DNA of 64,000 nt from contig CBDFIQ010000002.1 in assembly GCA_965248195.1 (NCBI GenBank), forward strand, positions 1,088,001-1,152,000. Direction: 5' to 3'. The DNA comes from Longimicrobiales bacterium (GTDB lineage: Bacteria; Gemmatimonadota; Gemmatimonadetes; Longimicrobiales; Gaopeijiaceae). Shown in pieces: positions 19,281 through 29,216 of the stretch. Every line of letters begins with the position of its first letter. The stretch's first letter is position 1. The notes beneath the pieces were generated by a model, which did not search any database, was not told the origin of the DNA, and saw only the letters and a program-made list of their open reading frames with translations. Position numbers and translations under genes: made by a program.

Positions 19281-19487
19281 ATGAATAAGAAAGACGAACT
19301 CGGCGGTGCAGGGGCGGCACGCAAGGCATCCCTACAGTTCTCCAGGATAAATCTTGCCTTCGCTGCCGGAGCCCTCGTCACGATCACGCTCGGCTATTGG
19401 CTCCTCTCCATAGGCTCGATAACGTGGGCCCCGATCCTACTCGTCGTGGGTTACGTGTTCCTGGTGCCACTGGCCATCATCCTGTAG
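19281..19487 (+). CDS. Small two-TM membrane protein (DUF3098-like)
   Basis: Two hydrophobic helices; ..APILLVVGY..LVP.AI. Confidence 0.65.
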   Translation: MNKKDELGGAGAARKASLQFSRINLAFAAGALVTITLGYWLLSIGSITWAPILLVVGYVFLVPLAIIL

Positions 19488-19514
19488 GGCCTTGGGTTTG
19501 GGGTTGTTGGACGT

Positions 19515-20870
19515 TTAGACGGGCTTGGTGACGACCCGCGTTTGCGCAAACTGGCGGTGGCCGTCCCGAGATTTGTGGAATCCGAACCCACTCTGGCGTG
19601 CGCCCACCCAAGGCGTGCCCGGCGTGCCCCCCGCGGCTTTGTTGATTCCGATCATCCCTGCCGTGAGTTGACGCGCGACCCGAGCTGTCCGTTCGTCATC
19701 CTCCCCGAAGACCACCGCGCCGAGTCCGAAGGGGGTGGCATTGGCCTTCCAGATGGCCTCGTCTTCCGACTCGACCCGTGTCACGCAAGCCACGGGCCCG
19801 AAGGTCTCCTCGGTCGCGATGGACATCTCCTCGGTGACGCCCGTGAGGACAGTCGGAGTGATGAAGTTGTCGTGATGTCCCGATCCGCCCGCCAGGACCT
19901 CGGCGCCCTCCGAGACCGCCGCCTCTAGCTGGACCAAGACGTGACTTCGCTGATGAGCGTTGACCATGGGGCCGACCTTGACGCCTTCGTCCAGGCCGTC
20001 CCCTTGCTTCATCGACACCGTGGCCTTTACCAGGAGGGCCTCGAAGCGGTCGGCGATCACTTCCGGGACGAAGATCCGCTCGGTACTCACGCAGACCTGG
20101 CCAGCGTTACGAAAGCTGTTGAATGCGGCGAACTGTGCCGCCTTCTCGAGGTCGGCGCTCTCCAGCACGATCAGCGGATCCTTGCCGCCGAGCTCCAATA
20201 TGACGCGCTTGAGCTCCCCACTGGCGGCACGGAGGATGTGCTTTCCCGTCTCACGCGAGCCCGTGAATGCGATGAGGTCCACCTCGCTATCGACGAGCCG
20301 TTTGCCCTGATCGTCGGCTCCCTGCACCACGATGAGTACGTCGGAAGGCAGCTTTTCGTTGAGGACGTCGGCATACGCCTGCCCGGAAAGCGGCGTTTCT
20401 TCCGAGGGCTTGAGGACAACCGTATTCCCCGCCGCAAGCGCCGGCACCACCAACCAGGCCGGCATGGACATTGGGAAGTTCCACGGCGTGATCGCCGCGC
20501 ACACCCCCAGTGGATCGTGATAGACGGTCGAACGATTACGTCCGTCGTCAAAAGTTTCGGGAGCGAGCGCCTCCCCGATCTCCTCGAGCTCGCGCTGCAC
20601 GTGCGCCAACGACTTCGCCTCTACGATCCCCTCCGCGAGGGGTTTGCCCATCTCCTGCGTAATGAGACGCCCGAGCTCGTCGGCCCGGGTGAGAAACGAC
20701 TCGGCAGCTTCCGTCAACAAGCAGGCGCGCCCGTCGTGGCCCAGCGCCTCCCAAGCCGGTTGTGCCGCCCGCGAGCGTTCGACGATGGCGGGAATGTTAT
20801 CGGTTGGCGTGACAAGAACCTCTCCTAAGAGATCGCCGGTCGCGGGGTTATAGGACTTGAGTGGCTTCAT
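19515..20870 (-). CDS. NAD(P)-dependent aldehyde dehydrogenase
   Basis: [31 protein letters not shown]. Confidence 0.95.
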   Translation of the reverse strand: MKPLKSYNPATGDLLGEVLVTPTDNIPAIVERSRAAQPAWEALGHDGRACLLTEAAESFLTRADELGRLITQEMGKPLAEGIVEAKSLAHVQRELEEIGEALAPETFDDGRNRSTVYHDPLGVCAAITPWNFPMSMPAWLVVPALAAGNTVVLKPSEETPLSGQAYADVLNEKLPSDVLIVVQGADDQGKRLVDSEVDLIAFTGSRETGKHILRAASGELKRVILELGGKDPLIVLESADLEKAAQFAAFNSFRNAGQVCVSTERIFVPEVIADRFEALLVKATVSMKQGDGLDEGVKVGPMVNAHQRSHVLVQLEAAVSEGAEVLAGGSGHHDNFITPTVLTGVTEEMSIATEETFGPVACVTRVESEDEAIWKANATPFGLGAVVFGEDDERTARVARQLTAGMIGINKAAGGTPGTPWVGARQSGFGFHKSRDGHRQFAQTRVVTKPV

Positions 20871-21009
20871 GGGGCTCAGTGGCTTGAAAGGATCTCCGAG
20901 TGTGGCATCGCGAGAGTGCTCACCCCAAGGTAGGACAAATTCCGCGGGAGTCGATCCGGTGTCGGGCGAAGATGCAGATGAGAACGAAGGGGATCCAATC
21001 CAAAGGCAC

Positions 21010-21672
21010 CTATCGCTTCCGGGCCAGCGTCAACCCATCCCCCACGGGCAGTAAGCTCTGCGTCACGCGCTCGTCTCCAGCTAGCTTCGTGTTGATGGCA
21101 CGAATGGCTCCGGTGTCCACGTCCGTAGCCGCAGAATCCACCACCTTCCCTTCCCACAGCGTGTTGTCGAGCACGATGAGGCCACCTGTGCGCATGAGCT
21201 CCAGAGCCCGTTCGTAGTAGGCGTCGTAACCCTCTTTGTCGGCATCGATGAAGGCAAAGTCGAAGGTCTCGGCGCACCCCTCCGCCAAGAGAGCGTCGAG
21301 CGTCTCCAAGGCGGGAGCCAATCGCAGGTCGATCTTGTGGGCTACCCCGGCCTCTTTCCAATACCGTCGTCCGATGGCTGTCCACTGCTCGCTGACGTCG
21401 CACGCCACCAGACGGCCGTTCTCCGGCAGAGCCAGGGCCACCGCGAGGGCGCTGTAACCCGTGAACGTGCCCACTTCCAAAGCGTTCCGAGCCCCGATGA
21501 GTTCCACCAGAAGGGCCATGAATTGCCCCTGCTCAGGGCTGATTTGCATGTTGGCCTTCTCCAAGGAAGCCGTCTCTTCTCTGAGTTGCCTCATGACGGG
21601 CGGCTCGCGGAGGGACACGTCCAGAAGATAGGCGTACAGCTCCGGGGGAAGGTGGTTGGTGCGTCGGGTCAC
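21010..21672 (-). CDS. SAM-dependent O-methyltransferase (caffeoyl-CoA OMT-like)
   Basis: [28 protein letters not shown] start at 21672. Confidence 0.92.
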   Translation of the reverse strand: MTRRTNHLPPELYAYLLDVSLREPPVMRQLREETASLEKANMQISPEQGQFMALLVELIGARNALEVGTFTGYSALAVALALPENGRLVACDVSEQWTAIGRRYWKEAGVAHKIDLRLAPALETLDALLAEGCAETFDFAFIDADKEGYDAYYERALELMRTGGLIVLDNTLWEGKVVDSAATDVDTGAIRAINTKLAGDERVTQSLLPVGDGLTLARKR

Positions 21673-21682
21673 GGTTCGGTAC

Positions 21683-21770
21683 TCATGGCATTTCCATCTC
21701 GAGGGCACGCCACATATACCAGGTAGCGGCGATCCGCCACGGGCGGTAGGGCTCGCCTAGCGGCATCAGA
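21683..21770 (-). pseudogene. C-terminal remnant of AlkA-type 3-methyladenine DNA glycosylase
   Basis: [20 protein letters not shown] resembles the AlkA C-terminus; upstream part missing. Confidence 0.6.
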
Positions 21771-21804
21771 ATACGCTCGCCGTCGGCGAATACAAGCGTC
21801 CTGG

Positions 21805-21860
21805 CTCTGCTTGCGCCTACCGGCCCGCTCTCGGATGTTGATCTTGGTCTGATCCCGGAG
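21805..21860 (+). repeat. Dispersed leader repeat, copy A (others at 22257-22300 +, 53454-53508 -, 54636-54706 -)
   Basis: Core tctgcttgcgcc(t/c)a(c/t)cg(g/c)cccgc..tcggatgttga....gtctga.cc shared among copies. Confidence 0.85.
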
Positions 21861-21865
21861 GGCAC

Positions 21866-22135
21866 ATGGACCTGCAAACCTGGGGAATCCTTCTCTTTTT
21901 CTTTGGACCCCTTTACATCATCTGGATCTCGGCGCAGTTCAAGGGGGAATCCCCTGGAAATGCTCTTGGAATCGTCATTCTCGTATTGGTGGCGAACGTC
22001 GCGGTCCCCATCGCCCTTGCGGCCCTTGTGCATTGGTTTTTGGGGTTGGCAGTTTTTCTACTAGGACTGCTCTTCATCGGGTTCATGCGAGACCGTGACG
22101 CTCGGACCCAGGGACCGCTGTCGCCCCCGAAGTAG
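21866..22135 (+). CDS. Small three-TM hypothetical membrane protein
   Basis: GGAGGG RBS, hydrophobic segments. Confidence 0.6.
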   Translation: MDLQTWGILLFFFGPLYIIWISAQFKGESPGNALGIVILVLVANVAVPIALAALVHWFLGLAVFLLGLLFIGFMRDRDARTQGPLSPPK

Positions 22136-22351
22136 CCCAAGCACCCGTGTTGCTCTAGACTCGAAGATCAGCACCCCATAACCGCCCTCTAAGCCACGAC
22201 GACCCTCCACCCTATCAGCGAGATACCGAATAAATACCGCATACGCCTAGAACGTAATTCTGGGCTTGTGACGGGCCTCTGCTTGCGCCTACCGGCCCGC
22301 CGGCGTGACAGTTGACTGCAACCTATGGAACCGGCGGACCCAAAGGCCCTT

Positions 22352-24700
22352 CTAGGCAGGATGGAACGCTAGAATCGTCCCTGATTGGGCGTCGGCAACT
22401 TGAGCCGCTCGAAGAGCCTCCATACTCCGCCCTATTAGATCGTTAGCCGTGAGTGAGCCCCCCGCTCCATCGAGAGCGGTAGTGTCCCTAGATTTGTGTA
22501 AAAGCGGATAAGCTGGACAGGAGGGAAAGAAAAACGGAAGCTCCTCTGTTGTTGTTCACTGTCACATGAACCCGGGAGTCCGGGTCTGCAGAGCAGGCTC
22601 GGAACCGGAGAGGAGCTTCCGATGCAAGAGATTGTGGAGATCGGTCGGGCCACGCAAGACGAGCTACGCGATGATTTGCGCGAGCTGTTTCAAGGCGCGA
22701 TCCGGCTGACGCTCGAGATGGTGCTGGAAGAGGAGCTGAAGGCCATGGTAGGTGCACGCCGCTTCGAGCGGGTGGGAAGCCGGAAGGACCATAGGAACGG
22801 CACATACCTGAGGCGGCTGCTGACGAGCCTGGGGCAGATCGAGGTCGCCATGCCCCGGAGCCGGGACAACGGTTCGCCGGCCGACGTGATCGGCCGCTAC
22901 CAGCGCAGGAGCCCCGAGCTCGACGAGATGATGGTCGAGGCGTATGTGAGCGGCGTGTCACAGCGCAAGATGGGCGACGTCACCGAGGCGCTGATGGGCG
23001 AGCGTGTTGGGCGCTCGACGGTGAGTCGTGTGGCAAAACGGCTCGACGAGGCCGTGGAAGGGCTGCGCCGTGCGCCGATCGAGGGGCCTCACCCCTATCT
23101 GTACCTGGACGCCACGTTCTTGGACGCCCGCTGGGCCCGCAAAGTCGAGAACGTGAGTGCGCTCGTGGCGTATGCAGTGGGCCCTGAGGGTCACCGACGG
23201 CTCCTGGCCGTCACGCTGGGCGCTGAGGAGTCGCAGCAGAGCTGGTCGGAGCTCCTCGAGCAACTCCAGGACCGCGGCCTCGGCGGTGTCGAGCTCGTGA
23301 TCGCCGATGAGCACGCAGGCCTGGCAGCTGCGGTCCGCCGCTTCCTGCCCGAGGCACGCCGTCAGAGGTGTACGGTCCATCTGCAGCGTAATGTGGGGGC
23401 GAGGGTCCCCCACCGCCTACGCAAGCGCGTGGCGCGTGAGGTCTCGGTGATCTTCCAGACATCCGGACTCGCCGAGGCGAAGAAGCTCCTGGGCGAGTTC
23501 GGCGCACGCTGGAAGAAGGAGCTGCCCGAGGCCGTGGAGGTCCTGGAGCGGGGCTTCGGGGCAGCGACGCAGTTCTACGCGTTCCCCGAGGCGCACTGGC
23601 CCCGGCTGCGTACCACCAACAGCCTCGAGCGGCTGCACGGCGAGATCAAACGCAGGATCAAGGCCGCCGGCGCCTTCCCGGACCGGGCCAGCGCCCTCAG
23701 GCTCATCACGGCCGTCGCACTCAGGACCACACACGTCTGGGGCGACCGGCGTTACCTCGACCTCTCACTCCTCCAGAAACAGGAGGTCGCCCAAGCAGCC
23801 TAGCCGAAGGCGAGGAGCTTCCTCCGCTTTTACACACAAATCGGGACTTGACCCTCGAGAGCGGCATAATACCCTGCCGAGAACCGCAGCTCGGACCGCC
23901 GGCGCTCCTTGAGGATGGCTTGGTCGTTGAGGGCCTCGACGAGTCGCGTCGCGAGCGTCGCCGCACCTTCCTCATCCGTTCCAGGGGCTAAGACGAGGAA
24001 GTCGTTCGTGTCCAGGATACCCGTAGAGTCCGAGTCCCGGGTTGCCTCGAAAAGAGCTGTCGCAATGCGGTCGAGAAGCCGGGGAGACCCCGGATCGCTC
24101 AGGGAAATCCGGAGGACCTTATCGGAAGAACCCTCCACAAGCCCTTCAGAGGAAACGACCGTCTGGCCCTCCCTTGGCCCCAGAGCCACACACGCGGTCC
24201 ACCGGCGGTTCCGTTGTGCGTCCGCAACCAACTCCACCGCCCTCGCGAACAACCCGTTCCAGTTATAGAGGCCGGTTGCCGGATCCTTGTGGGTGGACTC
24301 CAAAGCATGCTCGACCTGTCTACGGGCACTGAGGAATGCCTCCAGCTTACCGACAAGCTCGACCGGATCGAACGGTGAAGAAAAGATATCCCAAATACCC
24401 GCTCTAAAGCACTCGTGGCGCTCCTTCCTGTTGAGACTGTCGGTCGTGGTGATGACGAAGGGGGTAGTATCGTCCACCGTCGGCAGTTCTCTCATCGCAC
24501 GGCAAGCGTCCAAACCCATAATGTCGGTCAGTTTGCAGTCCACGATGACGAGGTCGGGCCGGAGCCTGACGGCCAATTCGATCGCTTGCCGACCGGTATA
24601 GGCCTTGACAACCGTAAATCCCGCCAGCTGGAGGACGCTCTCCAACGACCGCGCGGTCCACTCGTGGCTGTTGACGAGAAGTACGATTACGATTTTCTCC
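22352..24700 (-). pseudogene. Receiver + degenerate GGDEF-like protein interrupted near its 3' end by IS256
   Basis: Receiver (PDLVIVD), DPATGLYNWNG, FLVLAPGTD; frame resumes left of the IS as ALDGAGG...AFHPA*; 5' start uncertain. Confidence 0.75.
22478..23853 (+). mobile_element. IS256-family element, copy 1 (1376 bp; transposase 22622-23803)
   Basis: IRs ggtagtgtccc...ttgtgtaaaagcgga / tccgcttttacac...gggacttgacc; YLDA, QRC.VH, TTNSLER; flanks atcgagagc/ctcgagagc (8/9 TSD). Confidence 0.95.
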
Positions 24701-24855
24701 GGGCCAGCGAGATGTGTTCCCTAAGGGTTCGCGTAAGCCCTGGGGGAGGGGGCTCAGCAAGAGGGGGTTTTCAGTTATCCGCCCGTCCCCTAGCGTAATA
24801 GATCAAAAATGGGACGTGGCCTTACGCGAATACAAGGAAATTAATGCAAGAAGCG

Positions 24856-24990
24856 CTCACCCCCCTCGAGTTCCTCGAGCGACTCGCCCAACTCATTCAC
24901 CCGCCACGCATCCACCGTCACCGCTACCACGGGTGCTGGCTCCCAATGCCAAGCTCAGGGATCAGGTCATCGCGCTCGGGCGTGCGCAGG
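24856..24990 (+). pseudogene. IS91-family (Y2) transposase fragment, frameshifted
   Basis: LTPLEFLERLAQLIHPPRIHRHRYHG / VLAPNAKLRDQV. Confidence 0.75.
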
Positions 24991-25041
24991 GTAGTGTGGA
25001 GGGCTCGCCCTCAGGACCGTTCGACGCTCGGTCCGTCGCTT

Positions 25042-25131
25042 ACACTCAGGAAGGTCTACCAGCAGTCCGATGCCGAGACTATGCTACAGGTCGTTCTCGA
25101 TGGTGGTGAGCTAGGGGAGCGCAAAGCATGA
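25042..25131 (+). pseudogene. C-terminal remnant of an integrase homologous to 25407-26648
   Basis: TLRKVYQQSDAETMLQVVLDGGELGE vs TLRLVYQQSDADAMLRVVLERGELRE. Confidence 0.8.
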
Positions 25132-25226
25132 GGCAGGTCGTTCTTGCACAAAACATTGCACACCGTTCGATCACGGTGAGGGCTCTTGTGCGAGAAAACG
25201 GCTTCAACAAGCCAAGAAGTACCCCA

Positions 25227-25301
25227 GGGCGGTTAGCTCAGTTGGTTCAGAGCGCCTGGTTTACACCCAGGAGGTCACAGGTTCGAATCCTGTACCGCCC
25301 A
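25227..25301 (+). tRNA. tRNA-Val(TAC)
   Basis: GGGCGGT/ACCGCCC acceptor stem, CCTGG-TTTACAC-CCAGG anticodon arm, GGTTCGAATCC T loop; CCA not encoded. Confidence 0.97.
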
Positions 25302-25406
25302 CTTGGAAAGGTAGGAAACAAGCGGCTTTTCAGGTTTTCGCCCTGGGAGGCCGTTTGTTGGTGTGCATGTTCGTGTGCACGTTGTGGTCGTTTGGAAGCC
25401 ATGTTC

Positions 25407-26648
25407 TTACTTCGCTTCCCTGAGTTCGCCGCGCTCGAGCACGACCCGGAGCATGGCATCAGCATCGGACTGCTGGTAGACGAGGCGCAGGGTGTTGGGA
25501 TTCGTCCAGCCGCCGGCACGCGCAACGTCGATGTCCGGTAGATGCTTCCGCTCGGTTGCCCATTTGCGCCTGTATGCGTGCCAGAGGCTTCCGTCGAGTT
25601 TCTCTAGTCCTGCGAGTTTCTCGGCCTCCCGAAGCCATTTGGCTGCGAGATGTCGGCTCACGGGCTTGGTTAGGTTGCGCGGGGCAGGGAAGAGGTACGC
25701 CTTCCCGATGCCGGGTCGCTCATGGAGCACACGGTCGATGGCTGCTCTTACGTCGGGGCCGATAGGGACGGTAGTCTCCCGGCCTGTCTTGTCCGTCTCT
25801 GCTGGCCACCGGATCGCTCCGTGGGGACCATCCGACAGTTGGAGGTCTTCGTACTGAAGCTGAAGGACCGCCGAGAGCCGGCGTCCGGTGCCGCTGACGA
25901 TGTCGAGAATCTCAGAGAGGTATGCGCGAACGATCTTCGACTTGCCCTGCCCGCGGATCTCCATGGTGACGTTGTCGGTTTTCGCCCGAGTCGCTTGATA
26001 ACGGTCCTCGGTAGCAGCGGGCCGTCTCGGGTTTTTCTCAGTCGGCACATCGTAGCCCCGCACTGCGTTCTCACGTAGTAAGTACTGGCCCCGTGGTGTT
26101 CTCCATTTCGAGGCCCAGTTGAAGAGCCAGTTCAGCCACTGCAAGTCCTGACTGATCGCCCGAGTGCGTACGGCCCGGCGGTCTTCGACTGGAACTGGCT
26201 TGGCCCGAGAGTCGATCGCGCCCGACTCCCTCAGGTCGATGAATCGTTCCCATTGGGCGAGCGCGATAGTGTGTGGGTCGGTGTCACCTCCGAGGAAGCG
26301 CTTCCATAGTTCCCCACGACGCTTATCCGCTTCCTGCTCCTTCTCTCCCTTCCGTGGACTACGATGCAGCAGGTAGAGGTCGATCACCTGAGAGAGCTTC
26401 ACAACGCCGGCGGTGATCTCGGCTGTGCCTTTCCGGAGCTTCGCTGCCTGCTCGAGGGCGTAGCTCTTCGCGGCTTCCTTGTCACGATGCTTCAGCGACC
26501 GTCTAACCCAATTGCCCAGCCCCCCACGTTTGGTTGGATCCCACGCCCGAGCACGTAGTATCCCGCCAGGCTCCCGCTCTTCAACCACGACGGTAAATGG
26601 TTTCGAGCCGGCTGAAAAACTCCACTTCTTGCGCTTCGCCATGCTCAC
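25407..26648 (-). CDS. int: Tyrosine integrase of the tRNA-Val element
   Basis: TGRR, DKTG, HAYRR, GGW and catalytic Y (LVYQQ) all present. Confidence 0.92.
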   Translation of the reverse strand: MSMAKRKKWSFSAGSKPFTVVVEEREPGGILRARAWDPTKRGGLGNWVRRSLKHRDKEAAKSYALEQAAKLRKGTAEITAGVVKLSQVIDLYLLHRSPRKGEKEQEADKRRGELWKRFLGGDTDPHTIALAQWERFIDLRESGAIDSRAKPVPVEDRRAVRTRAISQDLQWLNWLFNWASKWRTPRGQYLLRENAVRGYDVPTEKNPRRPAATEDRYQATRAKTDNVTMEIRGQGKSKIVRAYLSEILDIVSGTGRRLSAVLQLQYEDLQLSDGPHGAIRWPAETDKTGRETTVPIGPDVRAAIDRVLHERPGIGKAYLFPAPRNLTKPVSRHLAAKWLREAEKLAGLEKLDGSLWHAYRRKWATERKHLPDIDVARAGGWTNPNTLRLVYQQSDADAMLRVVLERGELREAK

Positions 26649-26878
26649 ACCTCCTCCTCTTCCAGGGCCGCTTCCATGCGATCGGCTGCGGCAGTGAATG
26701 ACGTGGATTTGGATCGGAGATACACGATGAGTTCTCGGACTGCTGCGTCGGTGACCCGACGTTCGCCACGCACATAGGCGTGCAACATGCGATGGCTTCG
26801 ACCCGTTTCCCGAGCCAATTCAGCCAGGTTCAAGCCGCCGAGAGTCTCCTTGTACCACTTCGCCAATTCCGTACTCAT
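26645..26878 (-). CDS. Small XRE-like HTH protein
   Basis: LAELARETGRSHRMLHAYVRGER; stop overlaps the int start. Confidence 0.7.
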   Translation of the reverse strand: MSTELAKWYKETLGGLNLAELARETGRSHRMLHAYVRGERRVTDAAVRELIVYLRSKSTSFTAAADRMEAALEEEEV

Positions 26879-26919
26879 GCTCAAGATATATTGCTCAAGC
26901 ACAGGAGGGACAAGGGGCG

Positions 26920-27267
26920 TCATTCGCCGGCAAGTTTGGAAGTGAGGATCTCGTCGGCAATCTCGGGTGCGAGTTGCGGGCCGAAGCGTCGGGCCTTGCG
27001 TGGTAAGTCGCACCGTCTAATGCGTGGACTTCCACTGGAGCCGACGTTGAGATTCTTCATTTGCTGGAGCCGGCTGTAACTGAAGCCGCTTTCTTCACTG
27101 GCCTGACGGAGCGTCAACTCCTCGGTGTGCCAGTCGTTCAGGACTCGCTCGTGGTCGGCCGCGCATGAGTCGAGCGCCTCGGCTTGAGCCGTCGCGCCTC
27201 GCTTCCTGAGCACCGCCGCATCCGCTCTCCATCCGTCGGCAAGCTCACGGAGTAGGTCGATGTTCAC
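26920..27267 (-). CDS. Putative excisionase-like DNA-binding protein
   Basis: LTLRQASEESGFSYSRL winged-HTH pattern, RIRRCDLP; position near int. Confidence 0.55.
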   Translation of the reverse strand: MNIDLLRELADGWRADAAVLRKRGATAQAEALDSCAADHERVLNDWHTEELTLRQASEESGFSYSRLQQMKNLNVGSSGSPRIRRCDLPRKARRFGPQLAPEIADEILTSKLAGE

Positions 27268-27530
27268 GATGCTCGCTCGGCGCTGTACTCGCTCGCGGCC
27301 ACGCGCCACGCTTCGATTACGGATTGGTAAGTATCGGTCACCCGCTGCATCGTGAAGTTCGATGGGTCGATTTCCCAAGCACTCAGCGCGTCCATGAAAG
27401 CTGCCGAAGGTGCGTCCGCAATCGGGGGCCAATGGCCGAGGGGTACGGTGGCAGCAACCTCGCCAATTCTCTCCATGAGTTTCAGGCAGACCTGCGTGCC
27501 CTTTTGTTGCCGCTGGTCGAAGCTCGTCAC
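27264..27530 (-). CDS. Hypothetical protein
   Basis: Translationally coupled to both neighbours. Confidence 0.6.
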   Translation of the reverse strand: MTSFDQRQQKGTQVCLKLMERIGEVAATVPLGHWPPIADAPSAAFMDALSAWEIDPSNFTMQRVTDTYQSVIEAWRVAASEYSAERAS

Positions 27531-28783
27531 GGAGTCACCTCCGCAAGCAAGCCCTCAACGTCTCCGGCAGCTACCGCACCTTGCTGCGGGCCTTCTAAAG
27601 AAGGCCCCTCTTGCATGCAGTGAGTTGCGTCGCTGCGTGCAGTATCCGATGCAGTGACTTGCAGCTTTGCAGCTAGCGCCTTCTCACCTTTGCTCGTCAG
27701 CGTGTACCTGGCTCCGCGTCCCACCTTGTCGGCGGTCACAAAACCCTTGTCGTGCAAGGCTTTTCGGGCTTGCCAGAACGTCCTCTCCTTCTGTTCGGAC
27801 ACGGCCAACCACTTCGACGCAGACAGCCCACCTGGCTCCAACCCACTATGCAGTGACTCAAGTGCCTGAAGCTGTTTCGACGTGAGTTCTTCGGCACTCA
27901 CTGCATAGCCAATTCGTGCAGTGACCAGACCCGATTCGAGGTGCGGAAGGAACCGTATCGGGATGTCTGAAAAGTGAGGCGCGTCCTTCTGTTTTTCGCA
28001 TCGGAGCACCAGGTTGCCCACGTCACCGACTACCTGGAGCATGGTGTCACATGCCCCTCTTAATGCACTACTGCCCCGCTCGACTTCGCCCCCCTTGGTC
28101 GTATGGTGAATGAGCAGGACGGTCGCTCCTGTGGCGTCCCTCACCCGGTCGATATTCGCTATGACGACGCCCATGTCACGGGTGAAGTTCTCGTCACCTC
28201 CAACCATGCAGCGGGCCAGCGTGTCGAAGACGATGAGGGCGGGCTCTTCGGTGGTCCGTCGAATTTGGGCTACGAACGCCGCGGTGGCTTCGTCGTCCAT
28301 GAGCGGCATCGGCTCGATGAGATAGAGCCCCTGTGCGTCAGTTCCGTGGTAGTCGGCCCAGGCCGTCACGCGCTTCGACAGTCCACGATCTCCTTCGGCA
28401 TAGACGTAAATGGACCGCCCTCTCTGCGTCTCGAAGGAGTTGAGCCACCGGCCAGACCCAGTGTCCGTAGTCTCATGGAGGTCGAGGGCGATGAAGGTCT
28501 TGAATCGCTCCGGAGCCCCCACCAACACGACGAAGCCACCTCGTGGAATGATGCCATCTACCAACCACTCGTGTGGCGGAAGGGTGCTGAGGTCAGCCGC
28601 GCTCAGGAACCGAAAGCGCTCACGGCGAGCGTCGTCCTCTGGATGCGTGCCGTTTTCAATAGCTGCGACGAGGTCCACAGGATCGAGGCGACTGAGTTCA
28701 CGGGCAACGCTCCCAACGGTCTCCTCACTCCAGCCAGCGTTCTTCAGTAGTGCCACCAGGGCAGGGTTCACGGTGCTGCTCAT
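27527..28783 (-). CDS. RepA-like AAA_25 helicase (replication protein)
   Basis: WLVDGIIP, GAPERFKT Walker A, YAEG, VFDTL, IHHTTK, RGSSAL. Confidence 0.88.
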   Translation of the reverse strand: MSSTVNPALVALLKNAGWSEETVGSVARELSRLDPVDLVAAIENGTHPEDDARRERFRFLSAADLSTLPPHEWLVDGIIPRGGFVVLVGAPERFKTFIALDLHETTDTGSGRWLNSFETQRGRSIYVYAEGDRGLSKRVTAWADYHGTDAQGLYLIEPMPLMDDEATAAFVAQIRRTTEEPALIVFDTLARCMVGGDENFTRDMGVVIANIDRVRDATGATVLLIHHTTKGGEVERGSSALRGACDTMLQVVGDVGNLVLRCEKQKDAPHFSDIPIRFLPHLESGLVTARIGYAVSAEELTSKQLQALESLHSGLEPGGLSASKWLAVSEQKERTFWQARKALHDKGFVTADKVGRGARYTLTSKGEKALAAKLQVTASDTARSDATHCMQEGPSLEGPQQGAVAAGDVEGLLAEVTP

Positions 28784-28875
28784 AGAGATGCCTGGATAGC
28801 TTCGAGCCTCGGATCATCCCTCAGGTTCAGAATCCCCGACTCCTTCAGCTTGTTGGTTAGCGTTCCGTCGCTCAT
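28780..28875 (-). CDS. 31-aa small ORF (MSDGTLTNKLKESGILNLRDDPRLEAIQASL)
   Basis: ATGA overlaps at both ends with the neighbouring genes. Confidence 0.55.
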   Translation of the reverse strand: MSDGTLTNKLKESGILNLRDDPRLEAIQASL

Positions 28876-29081
28876 GCTTTCCTTCTCTGCCTTTCTCCCC
28901 TAGTCCTCGGGCCACCTTCGTTCAGCTCGCGGAGCACCCTTTCACGCGCCACAGGTAGGACAGTCCGATGCAGATACTCCGAAACTGAAATACCTGCACT
29001 CGCCGCTGCCGCTCGCACGATTGCCTGCTCCGTGTCGGTTACCCTTGCACCAATGCTGCGCAGGCGCTGTCGGTTCGGCAT
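28872..29081 (-). CDS. Ribbon-helix-helix (MobC/DUF1778-like) protein
   Basis: IGARVTDTEQAIVRAAAASAGISVSEYL. Confidence 0.7.
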   Translation of the reverse strand: MPNRQRLRSIGARVTDTEQAIVRAAAASAGISVSEYLHRTVLPVARERVLRELNEGGPRTRGERQRRKA

Positions 29082-29216
29082 CGTCTCTCTAACCGCCTTC
29101 CTCAAGACTTCTTTTCACCCCAGGGAGGGGCTCTCGGTTAACAATAGGTATGGACATATAAACGAGCAAAGTACATATTCACTGCACATCATCATCGAGA
29201 ACCCTGGAGGCCAACT

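Noticed and set aside
22440..22450. GTTAGCC resembling an integron attC core
   Set aside because: It lies in the coding tail of the IS-split regulator, with no matching inverse core or hairpin.
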